Assembly (NCBI GenBank): GCA_044344255.1 | Contig: JBIJDH010000001.1 | Span: forward strand, 352,001-416,000 | DNA length: 64,000 nucleotides | Direction of reading: 5' to 3' | From: Myxococcota bacterium | Lineage (GTDB): Bacteria > Myxococcota_A > UBA796 > UBA2385 | Part shown: one piece after another, positions 48,549 to 57,176 of the stretch | How the letters are laid out: each line of letters starts with the position of its first letter | Numbering within the stretch: the stretch's first letter is position 1 | Program-made: the position numbers and the translations under genes | The notes under the pieces: generated by a model | Database searches by the model: none | What the model was told of the DNA's origin: nothing | Seen by the model: only the letters and a program-made list of their open reading frames with translations

Positions 48549-49834
48549 GGGCTACCCTGCCCATCTTCTCGGCCTTGATCTCCCTCCTCTTCACCGCCTG
48601 TGATCCCGGCGGCGCGGCGAGCATGCCCACGGCCACGCTGGCCAGCGGCCCCTTCGAGGTGCGGCTGCCGATCCCGGGAGAGCTCGAGGCCGAGGAGTCG
48701 GTGACCATCACCGCCCCCGACATCGGCGGGAACATCAAGGTCACGATGATCGTGGACGAGGGTGTGCGTGTGGCCGAGGGCGACGTGCTCGCAGAGCTCG
48801 ACCGCACCGAGATCATCCAAGGGGTGCTCGAGAACGACAACGCGCTCGAGGTGGCCACCACGAAGATCACCCAGCAAAAGGCCCAGCTCGAGGTGAAGCT
48901 GCGCAACCAGGAGGACGCCGTCACCACCGCCGAGCTGGCCCTCCAGCGGGCCAACCTCCGCATCACGGACTCGGAGGCGGTGCCCAAGGTCGATCGCGAG
49001 GGGGCCCGGCTCGACGTGGCCGACGCCACCGTCTCGCTCGAGCGCGCCAAGAAGGACCTCCAGAGCGCCCGACTCGAAGGCGAGGCTGACCTCCAGCTCC
49101 TCGAGCTCGACGCCCGCCAGGCCCGCATCCAGGTCGACTCCGCCAAGCGGAAGCTCGACCTCGCCACCGTGCGCTCCCCCGCCGCCGGCCTCGTCGTGAA
49201 GGCCGAGGTCTGGAAGGGCGGCTCGCGCGGCCCGGTGGTGGCCGGCGACTCGATCTGGGGCGGCACCACCCTGCTCGCGCTGCCGAACCTCGGCACGATG
49301 CAGGCGGTGGCCTGGGTGCACGAGACCGACGCCGAGCTCGTGAAGGTGGAGCAGGAGGCGAGGATCATCCTTGACTCCCACCCCGACCACCCCTACGCCG
49401 CCAAGGTCAAGAAGGTGGCCGACCTCGCCGTGAAACGCGACCGGGACGACAAGTCGAAGTACCTCAAGGTCACGCTCGGAATCGAACCCAAGGACGAGCT
49501 CCTCAAGCCCGGGATGACGATCCGGGCCGAGATCCTGGTCGACCACCAGGCGGAGGTGCTCACCGTCCCCCAAGAGGCCGTCTTCTATGACGGGGTGACG
49601 CCGACGGTCTATCGCCGGGCGGCCGTGGGCTGGGACCGCGTCACCGTCACCCTCGGCCGCGCCAATGACACCCACGTGGTGGTCACCAGCGGCCTGTCCT
49701 CGGGGGACGTGGTCTCGCTGGTCGATCCCGACCGCTGGTCGCGCGGAGAGGGGGAGCCCGCCGCCAAGACCGCGGCCGCCGAGGCCCCCTCCGCCGCGCC
49801 CGCCGCCGCCCCGAGCGCGGGCACGAGCCCGTGA
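48545..49834 (+). CDS. Periplasmic adaptor (MacA/HlyD-like), lipoprotein
   Basis: VDEGVRVAEGDVLAELD, coiled coil, VRSPAAG, LKPGMT. Confidence 0.9.
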   Translation: MRATLPIFSALISLLFTACDPGGAASMPTATLASGPFEVRLPIPGELEAEESVTITAPDIGGNIKVTMIVDEGVRVAEGDVLAELDRTEIIQGVLENDNALEVATTKITQQKAQLEVKLRNQEDAVTTAELALQRANLRITDSEAVPKVDREGARLDVADATVSLERAKKDLQSARLEGEADLQLLELDARQARIQVDSAKRKLDLATVRSPAAGLVVKAEVWKGGSRGPVVAGDSIWGGTTLLALPNLGTMQAVAWVHETDAELVKVEQEARIILDSHPDHPYAAKVKKVADLAVKRDRDDKSKYLKVTLGIEPKDELLKPGMTIRAEILVDHQAEVLTVPQEAVFYDGVTPTVYRRAAVGWDRVTVTLGRANDTHVVVTSGLSSGDVVSLVDPDRWSRGEGEPAAKTAAAEAPSAAPAAAPSAGTSP

Positions 49835-51075
49835 TCGACGTGATCGTCGAGGGCCTGGACAGCCTCTGGGCCCGGCGCGGACGCACCCTGCTCTCGACCC
49901 TCGGCATCGTCTTCGGCGTGGCCGCGGTCATCGCCATGATGGCGATCGGCGAGGGGGCCCGCCGCGAGGCCGAGGCCCTCATCGATCAGCTCGGCATCCT
50001 GAACGTCCAGATCCGCGCCAAGGACTTCGAGAAGGACCCCAAGCGCTGGGAGGAGGTGGCCCGGAAGTCCCGCGGCCTGTCCGAGCGCGACGTCGCCGCC
50101 CTGCGCGACGTGCTGCCCGGCGTCACCCACGTCGGCGGGATGCGGATCATCACCGCCCGCGAGACCGTCCCCAAGCTGGAGAACCTGTCCGACATCCGGA
50201 TCATCGGGGCCGAGCCCGACTACATCGCGGCGCTCAACCTCCAGCGCATCGAGGGCCGGGCGCTGGGCCCCGAAGACGAGGCTGGGGCGCGCGCCGTCTG
50301 CCTCCTCGGCCAGTCGGCCCGCCTCCGCCTCTTCGGCAACAGCCCGGCGGTGGGGCAGCGGATCCGCGTGGACTACACCGTGCTCGTGGTGGTGGGCGTC
50401 TTCGGCGGCGCATCGGGGGAGCTCGGCGGCGCCGCGGTCCAGGGGCTCGAGCTCGAAGACCGCACCCGCGACGTCATCCTGCCGCTCGCCACCTCGCTCA
50501 AGCGCTTCCCTGTGACCCGCGACAAGCCCGACCTCAGCGAGGTGCTGCTCGGGGCCCCCAGCCGAGAGGAGGTGCCTGGGATGGCCGCGCTCGCCGGCCG
50601 CGTCATCGACCGCATGCACCACCAGCAGGCCGATGTCGAGGTCACCGTCCCCCTCCGCCTCCTTGAGCAGCACGAGGCCCAGCAGCGCATCTTCAACCTC
50701 GTGATGGGCCTCATCGCCGGCATCAGCCTGCTCGTGGGCGGCATCGGCATCATGAACATCACACTGGCGAGCGTGCTCGAGCGGACGCGGGAGATCGGGA
50801 TCCGAATGGCCGTGGGCGCGGCGCCGCGGGACATCCTCCTCCTCTTCCTCGCCGAGTCGGCGCTCATCTGCCTCGTGGGCGGCCTCGCCGGCATCGTGGT
50901 GGGCTTCGCCATCGCGGCGGGGGTGGGCTTCTTCACCGGCTGGTCCACCGCCGTGAGCCTGTGGTCGGTGCTGCTCGCGGTCGGCGTCTCCGTGGCCGAG
51001 GGCCTGCTCTTCGGCGCCCTGCCCGCCCGACAGGCGGCGATGTTGCCGCCCACCGAGGCCGTGCGCGCCGGGTAG
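49831..51075 (+). CDS. MacB/FtsX-like ABC permease
   Basis: LGIVFGVAAVI, ISLLVGGIGIMNI..ERTREIGIRMAVGA. Confidence 0.93.
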   Translation: MIDVIVEGLDSLWARRGRTLLSTLGIVFGVAAVIAMMAIGEGARREAEALIDQLGILNVQIRAKDFEKDPKRWEEVARKSRGLSERDVAALRDVLPGVTHVGGMRIITARETVPKLENLSDIRIIGAEPDYIAALNLQRIEGRALGPEDEAGARAVCLLGQSARLRLFGNSPAVGQRIRVDYTVLVVVGVFGGASGELGGAAVQGLELEDRTRDVILPLATSLKRFPVTRDKPDLSEVLLGAPSREEVPGMAALAGRVIDRMHHQQADVEVTVPLRLLEQHEAQQRIFNLVMGLIAGISLLVGGIGIMNITLASVLERTREIGIRMAVGAAPRDILLLFLAESALICLVGGLAGIVVGFAIAAGVGFFTGWSTAVSLWSVLLAVGVSVAEGLLFGALPARQAAMLPPTEAVRAG

Positions 51076-51106
51076 GCGAGGGCCAGGCGGGGCCGCCCGC
51101 CCCGGA

Positions 51107-52597
51107 TCAGGGCTCCGCGCCCGCCACCCGTTGGAGCAGCACGCCCTGCACCCGCTCCAGCCGCAACATCGAGCGCTGGAGGTCAACCTCGGCCTGCAGT
51201 CGGGAGGCCTGGGCCTCATCGAGCGACTCGAGCGAGAGGATCACGTCCCGCGACGAGGTGCGCCCCTCGCGGAAGAGCTCCTGGTCCATCTCCAGGGCCT
51301 GCGTAGCGGCCTCGACGGTCTGACGGGCGAGCTCGACGCGGGAGCGGTCTCGCTGGAGCCCGCGCAGGGCCTCCCGCACCTCCACCTCGAGGTCTTGCAG
51401 CGCCGCCTCGTGGCCGATCCGCGCCTGCTCGACCGCGAGCTTCGCCTGTCGCGCGGAGTTCACCGGGGCCCGGCCAGGGATGGGGACGCTGAGCCCCAAC
51501 CCGACCGACCAGCCGGTGGACTGACCCGACAGGGCGTCCCGGCGGGCGGTGTCGGAGTCTGTCGAGAGGCCGGAGGAGTCGACCGAGCCAGAGACGGAGA
51601 GATCGGGCAGGGCCGCGTTCCGGGCCACGCGGAGCGCGTCCTCGACGGCCTCGATCTGGAGCGTGTCCTGGAGGATCCGGGTGTTCCCTCCGAGCGCGCG
51701 CTGGAGGGCCACGTCGAGGGGGACCTCCCCCTCGGGCACGACCGGTCGGTCGATGAGCGTCCAGTCCGGGCAGGCCGACACCGAGCGGCCGAGCAGCCGA
51801 CAGAGGCGGGTCTCGGCGTCCTCCTGGCTGGTCTCGGCGACGACCACGGCCTGCCGGGCCACACCGACGGCTCGCCGCACCTGGAGCAGGTCTCCGAGGG
51901 CCGCGAAGCCCTCGTGATACCGCTCCTCGGTCTCCCCTTGCTGGGCCTCCGCCACCTCCGCCGAGCGGCGCGCCAGGGACAGGGACTCTCGAGCCACGAG
52001 CAGCTCCCAATAAGCGTCCGACACGCTGATCAGGAGGTCCTCGGTGCGAGAGCGGAGGGCCAGCCGCTCGCCCCGCTCCTGGCGCCGGGCCTGGCGGAGA
52101 CCTGCGAGGGCGGGGCCGGGGCCGAGGCCATCGAGCAGGGGCTGGCTCACGGTGAGGCTGACGCCGTCGGACTGCAGCCGGGTGCTCGCAGCGCCGCCGC
52201 CGGTGTCCCGGGTCTCGGTCCAGGCGAGGCCCAGCTCACCGCCGGTGGGGAGCGGCTGCTGGAGGCCGGTCGACCAGCCGAAGCGGCCCGTCTCGTCGCG
52301 CAGCCCCTCCGCGGCGAGGGTGGTGGCGCTGCGGGAGACGTCGGCGCCGACGAAGAGCGAGGGCTCCCAGCCGCCGGCCGCCTCCGCCACGCCCGAGCGG
52401 GCCGATCGGAGGGCGAGGCGCTGCTGCGAGAGCTCGAGGTTGGCCTCCAACGCGAGCTCCCAGGCCCTCCCCACCGAGAGGAGCTCGGCGGCTGCGGCCG
52501 AGGTCAGGCTCGCCGAGGCCCCAGAGGCCGGCTCCGCGGCGTTGACGGGGGGCCCGAGCAGCAGGAGCCACATGATCCGATCCAAGTCAGGGCGCAT
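51107..52597 (-). CDS. TolC-family outer membrane protein
   Basis: Duplicated OEP pattern (QPLLDG, AYWEL, LPDLSV); start may be 52573. Confidence 0.88.
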   Translation of the reverse strand: MRPDLDRIMWLLLLGPPVNAAEPASGASASLTSAAAAELLSVGRAWELALEANLELSQQRLALRSARSGVAEAAGGWEPSLFVGADVSRSATTLAAEGLRDETGRFGWSTGLQQPLPTGGELGLAWTETRDTGGGAASTRLQSDGVSLTVSQPLLDGLGPGPALAGLRQARRQERGERLALRSRTEDLLISVSDAYWELLVARESLSLARRSAEVAEAQQGETEERYHEGFAALGDLLQVRRAVGVARQAVVVAETSQEDAETRLCRLLGRSVSACPDWTLIDRPVVPEGEVPLDVALQRALGGNTRILQDTLQIEAVEDALRVARNAALPDLSVSGSVDSSGLSTDSDTARRDALSGQSTGWSVGLGLSVPIPGRAPVNSARQAKLAVEQARIGHEAALQDLEVEVREALRGLQRDRSRVELARQTVEAATQALEMDQELFREGRTSSRDVILSLESLDEAQASRLQAEVDLQRSMLRLERVQGVLLQRVAGAEP

Positions 52598-52630
52598 CCC
52601 CTATCCGCCCGACGCGCTAGGAGGAGGGCC

Positions 52631-53335
52631 ATGACCGACGCCCCCACGCACCCCGTCATCGAGACCGTGGACCTCCGCCGCGACTATGTGCTGGGCGACA
52701 GCGTCGTCCAGGCCCTGCGCGGCGTGGACATCCGGGTAGACCGGGGTGAGTTCGTCGCCCTCACTGGGGCCAGCGGCTCCGGGAAGTCAACCCTGCTCGG
52801 CATCCTCGGCTGCCTCGACCGCCCCACCGGCGGCACCTACCGCCTCGAAGGGGTGCCGGTCGAGACGCTGAGCCCGGCGGGCCTCGCGCGGGTGCGCAAC
52901 GCACACATCGGCTTCGTGTTCCAAGGCTTCAACCTCCTCAGCCGCCTGCGCGCCGATGAGAACGTCGCCCTCCCCCTCCGCTATGCCGGTTGGCCTCGCG
53001 ACAAGCGCATCGCCCGGGCCCGAGAGCTGCTCGGGCGGGTGGGGCTCGCGGCGCGGGTAGACCACCGACCGACGGAGCTCTCCGGCGGCCAGTGCCAGCG
53101 GGTGGCCATCGCGAGGGCGCTGGCGACCGATCCCGCCTTGATCCTCGCCGATGAGCCCACCGGGAACCTCGACAGCCATACGGGTCAGGAGATCCTCGCT
53201 CTCTTCGAGCAGCTCCACGGAGAGGGTCGCACCATCGTGCTCGTCACCCACGACGAGGGGGTGGCCCACCGCGCCCAGCGCCGGATCCGGATCGCGGATG
53301 GCCGGGTCGAGGCCGCTGCGCAGGGCTCGGCATGA
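52631..53335 (+). CDS. ABC ATP-binding subunit (LolD/MacB type)
   Basis: [46 protein letters not shown]. Confidence 0.95.
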   Translation: MTDAPTHPVIETVDLRRDYVLGDSVVQALRGVDIRVDRGEFVALTGASGSGKSTLLGILGCLDRPTGGTYRLEGVPVETLSPAGLARVRNAHIGFVFQGFNLLSRLRADENVALPLRYAGWPRDKRIARARELLGRVGLAARVDHRPTELSGGQCQRVAIARALATDPALILADEPTGNLDSHTGQEILALFEQLHGEGRTIVLVTHDEGVAHRAQRRIRIADGRVEAAAQGSA

Positions 53336-53453
53336 TCGATCAGGAAGCGAAATACAAATGCTGATACGCCAATAAATCTACGGTCATCCTCTGTCCGACC
53401 CTCTGCTTACACCCACGATACTGGATGGGTGTTCAACACGCGGAGGGTCTCCC

Positions 53454-53804
53454 ATGACCATCACCCCTGTCCATGTTCAGTGCCCCCTCCCCTCCACCCG
53501 AGCCCAGCGAGAGGAGGACGCTCTGGCGCGCCTCCGCCACCTCTGCGCCGGGCGAGCCGACTGGTGTGTCGGGTGGGACCCCCGGTCGGAGGCGCCGGCC
53601 TACTGTGAGCTTCGCCGAGGGTCGCTGACCTGGCGCTGGTGCGGCCGATCGATCGAGGGCGTGGTCGGCCTCGCCCTCGAGGCGCGCGCCGAGTGGGCCC
53701 CTGAGCTGCCTATCTTCCGCCGTTCGACGGGCGAGACCCTGGCGCTGAGGCCGACCCGCCACCCCTCCCTCCGCGAGATGGAGCTGCTGCTGCCCCCCTG
53801 GTAG
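53454..53804 (+). CDS. Hypothetical protein
   Basis: RBS GGAGG, 116 aa, AT-rich upstream region; no motif recognised. Confidence 0.5.
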   Translation: MTITPVHVQCPLPSTRAQREEDALARLRHLCAGRADWCVGWDPRSEAPAYCELRRGSLTWRWCGRSIEGVVGLALEARAEWAPELPIFRRSTGETLALRPTRHPSLREMELLLPPW

Positions 53805-53838
53805 GCCCCCGCCGCCGATCGGCGTCCCCAAACGGAAG

Positions 53839-53872
53839 AACCCCCCGCCCGGCCGAAGCCGAGCGGGGGGTC
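53839..53872. terminator. Terminator hairpin between convergent genes
   Basis: ACCCCCCGC-CCGGC..GCCG-AGCGGGGGGT; TTCTT follows on the minus strand. Confidence 0.6.
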
Positions 53873-53902
53873 CTCACTCACCTGCCCGAGGGCAGGAGAG
53901 GA

Positions 53903-54352
53903 CTACCAGCGATCGCCGCCGCCGCCACCGCGGTCGTTGCCGCCGCCGTAGCCGCCGCCGGAGCGACCGCCGCCGCCGCCGCCGCCGTAGCCGCCGCGAT
54001 CACCGCCGCCGCCGCCGTAGCCGCCGCCGCCACCGCGACCGCCACCACCGCCGCCGCCGCCGTAACCACCGCCGCCGCCACGACCGCCGCCGCCGCCGCC
54101 ATCACGGCGCTCTTCGGCTTCGTTCACCTTGAGGGTGCGCCCGTCGAGCGCCTTGCCGTCCATCCCGGCGACGGCGCCAGCAGCGGCCTCGTCGGCCGAG
54201 AAGGTCACGAAGCCGAATCCACGGCTGCGACCGGTCTCGCGATCGGTGATGACCTTGGCGTCAACCACGTCACCGAAGCGAGAGAAGGCGCTCTTGAGGC
54301 CTTCGTCCGTCGTATTCCAGCTCAAACCACCAACGAAAAGCTTCTTGCCCAT
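53903..54352 (-). CDS. RRM RNA-binding protein with Gly/Arg/Tyr-rich tail
   Basis: KLFVGGL (RNP2), RGFGFVTF (RNP1). Confidence 0.95.
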   Translation of the reverse strand: MGKKLFVGGLSWNTTDEGLKSAFSRFGDVVDAKVITDRETGRSRGFGFVTFSADEAAAGAVAGMDGKALDGRTLKVNEAEERRDGGGGGGRGGGGGYGGGGGGGGRGGGGGYGGGGGDRGGYGGGGGGGRSGGGYGGGNDRGGGGGDRW

Positions 54353-54685
54353 TTCGATCTTCACCTGAGTTGCCTGCACCAAAAATTGGCGCGTACCTAC
54401 CGTGGGCAAAGCTCGATATATCCAGCCTTTCCGGATCCTATCGAACGCCCTGTCGAAACGGGGTTCGGAAGAACCAACGTCTTGGCCTGGAGGTTGCCCC
54501 CCTTTCGGGGAACGAAATCTGTATAGCCGGTCGCCCTGGGGCTGTCGCATAAAATTGTGAGAAAGAATGCGGAATCCCGGCGACCTCGATCAAGCGCAGG
54601 GCGCTCCCAGAGACACGCACCACCGAATCACCTGTGTCTCGACGGCGCAATTCACGAATTGCGCCGAGCCTCGACCCGGGCGCGA

Positions 54686-56290
54686 TCAACCCCCGCCGAC
54701 CTTCTGCTTCGGGACCTGATTGGTGGCGAGGCTGTCGAAGTAGCGGAGGAACTCCGAGGCGGTGATCGGCTTCGGCTGGTAGCTGCCCCAGGGGTTGAAG
54801 AACTGGAGCTTGTCCTGCTCCACCACCCCTTGGAAGGCGTATGCGTGGTTGCCGATGAGGACCTTCTGAGGGTCGAGCATGCCGTGGTACTGGTAGCGGA
54901 CCTCCAGATCGGCGGCCGAAGTGGGGGCCTTCCCGGACTTGTACTCAAGCTCGAGCTGGCTGCCCTTGTAGTCGATCGAGCCCGCCTTCACGTCGGCGCC
55001 CATCACCGCGCCGGTGGCGTCGCCCTCTTCGCCCTTGTCGCGGGCCCCGGCCACCTTCTTGCCCTTGTCGGTCACGGTCAGGGTGCCGGGCTCGACCTCG
55101 TTCCACTTGTGCGTCTGGGCCAAGCGCCCGCGGTAGGGGCCCGAGGCGGTGCCGGAGAGCGGCGTCTGGACATCCATCTCGCCGGTGTTCCGCACGCCTG
55201 CATAGATGGCAAGCCCATCGGCGCTCGCCGCCTTGAAGTAGGGGATGACGTCGGCCTCCTTCATCGAGGCCGGGTTCTTGGTGCGGCTCTGGCTCCCCGT
55301 GAGCGCGCTCATCGCCTCGTCGCCCGTGCCCCCCTCGCCGAGGACGTCGTAGCCGCCCTTCCACTGGGCATAGGCCTTCTCGAGGATGGCCGGCCAGAGG
55401 GGGCTGCCGGGGTCTGCGGCGTAAGCGGGGTCTCGCCGATCGCCCTCGACCGTCGGGAGGTAGGCGTCAACCTCGATGAAGACCGGCTTGAAGCGCCCCC
55501 GGCCCTGCTCCTCATAGAAGCGGACGGTGTACTTCTTGCTGCGCGGGTCGTACTTCACGGCGTCCTGGATGGCGCCGGGGCTCGCGCCCACCACCGCGGC
55601 CATCGAGGCGATGAAGAAGCAGTCGCCGAGCGCGCCTTGCGCGAGATCGGCCACCTTGGGGTCCTTCGGGGACTGATCGCCGCCGAAGTAGCTGTAGGCG
55701 AAGTCGTCGCGGAGGGCCTTGTCGTCTTCGTCCTGGGAGAGGGTGGGCTGAGTGCTGAACACCGCCCGGTCGACCCAGCCTTCGACGTTCTTGTCACCCT
55801 GGCGCACCTTGACCCGGAGCCGCTCACCGCGCGACTCCTTGACCTCGCAGGCGCTGCCGTCCGGGACCTTCGTGACCACCTTGGCCCGGGCGCTGCTGCC
55901 GCTGTACAGCGTCACCTCCTCGCCCTGCCCGATCAGGGCTCCCGAGGCGCCGCCGCGGGGAGCGGTGGCGGGGCGGGCGGCGGCGCCCACCTCATCGGGG
56001 GAGCTGCCGCGCTTCTTCGGCATCTCGAAGCCCCCGGCAGCGCCCCGCCCGAAGGCCGCGCTGCCGAAGCCCGACCAGGGGGCCGCCAAACCCGTGTCCG
56101 CGCCGCTCTCGAGACCGCTGTCCAGACCGCTGTCGAGACCGTGCTCCTGCCCCTCTCCGAGCTCGGCGGCCGCGGCGGCGTTGCCCGCCGGGGCGAGCTC
56201 TGCGGCAGGGAGGCCGCCGGACTCGGCGCCGGGAGTTCGGAGCGGGCCCTGGCGTTGGGTTCGAAGCGAATGAGCGGCGTGCTGGAGCAT
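54686..56290 (-). CDS. Calpain-like (C2) cysteine protease with SH3-like domain
   Basis: QGALGDCFFIASM, WPAILEKAYA, NHAY, NPWG triad; VEGWV SH3b-like motif. Confidence 0.88.
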   Translation of the reverse strand: MLQHAAHSLRTQRQGPLRTPGAESGGLPAAELAPAGNAAAAAELGEGQEHGLDSGLDSGLESGADTGLAAPWSGFGSAAFGRGAAGGFEMPKKRGSSPDEVGAAARPATAPRGGASGALIGQGEEVTLYSGSSARAKVVTKVPDGSACEVKESRGERLRVKVRQGDKNVEGWVDRAVFSTQPTLSQDEDDKALRDDFAYSYFGGDQSPKDPKVADLAQGALGDCFFIASMAAVVGASPGAIQDAVKYDPRSKKYTVRFYEEQGRGRFKPVFIEVDAYLPTVEGDRRDPAYAADPGSPLWPAILEKAYAQWKGGYDVLGEGGTGDEAMSALTGSQSRTKNPASMKEADVIPYFKAASADGLAIYAGVRNTGEMDVQTPLSGTASGPYRGRLAQTHKWNEVEPGTLTVTDKGKKVAGARDKGEEGDATGAVMGADVKAGSIDYKGSQLELEYKSGKAPTSAADLEVRYQYHGMLDPQKVLIGNHAYAFQGVVEQDKLQFFNPWGSYQPKPITASEFLRYFDSLATNQVPKQKVGGG

Positions 56291-56345
56291 GGAAGACCCC
56301 CGAATCGCCGCAGTGTAGCGCAGTCCGAGGGCCGATGGGGCGCCG

Positions 56346-57125
56346 TTACTTCGCGGCCTGCGGGGGCATCGCCGGGAAGACCCCCACCTCGAGCACGATG
56401 CCCTCGACCCGCGCGGCGACCTTCACGGGGCCCGTGGTGGGGATCCCCATCCGCTCCCCGGCGCTCGGCTGGCCGTCTTCGTCGGCGTCATCGACCACCT
56501 GGAGCACCACCGTGCCGCTGTCCGCGGGCACACGAAGCTCAAAGGGCCCCGCCTTGTCGAAAGAAGCCGAGGTGATGAGCTCGGCGACCTTGGCCTCGGC
56601 GCCGCTCTCGGGGGGCGGAGGCAGGACGCGCACGAGCAGCTTCCCGGTGCAGTCCGCGCAGACCAAGGTGCCGAGGAGGGTCGCGCCCGCGCTGAGCTCC
56701 TCCTGCTTGAACTTCGGGGTGCGCTCCGCTTCGGGGACCGCGCCGCCAAAGACCCCGCCCGCGCCCTCAACGGCGGCGCCGCCCCCCGCCGACCCGCCTG
56801 CGGCGGGCGTCCCCGCCGTGCCGGCGTCTGCGGCACCCTCGGCCGGCGCTCCCGCGGCGCCCTCCGCGGGGACGCCGCCCGCAGAGGCCGGATCGGCCCC
56901 CGCCGCGCCACCTTCACCGGCAGGGGGCGGCCCGCCCGGGCTCCCCCCGACGGAGCTCGGCTCCCCCGCCGTGGGCGCCACGGGCTCCGGGCAGCCGACG
57001 AGCGCGAGGAGCAAGAGGCAGCCGAAGCCGAGGCCCGGATCGCCGCGGCGGGGGCGGGCGGGGCTCTGGACGAGATTCGGTTGGACGAAATTCAGTAGGT
57101 CGAAGCTGGACCGAGACACGGTCAC
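56346..57125 (-). CDS. Hypothetical lipoprotein with Gly/Ala/Pro linker
   Basis: Lipobox ALVGC, CADC, DADEDGQP..GE; start uncertain. Confidence 0.6.
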   Translation of the reverse strand: MTVSRSSFDLLNFVQPNLVQSPARPRRGDPGLGFGCLLLLALVGCPEPVAPTAGEPSSVGGSPGGPPPAGEGGAAGADPASAGGVPAEGAAGAPAEGAADAGTAGTPAAGGSAGGGAAVEGAGGVFGGAVPEAERTPKFKQEELSAGATLLGTLVCADCTGKLLVRVLPPPPESGAEAKVAELITSASFDKAGPFELRVPADSGTVVLQVVDDADEDGQPSAGERMGIPTTGPVKVAARVEGIVLEVGVFPAMPPQAAK

Positions 57126-57176
57126 CTCCGCAGATGATGCCTGGGTGTAGCACAGGGGCAGACCGGTGGGCAGGGG

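Noticed and set aside
51131..52630. Long N-terminal extension on the ABC ATPase
   Set aside because: Antisense to TolC; ATG 52631 has a strong RBS.
53915..54100. (GCC)n-rich repeat element
   Set aside because: Explained by the glycine-rich tail of the RRM protein.
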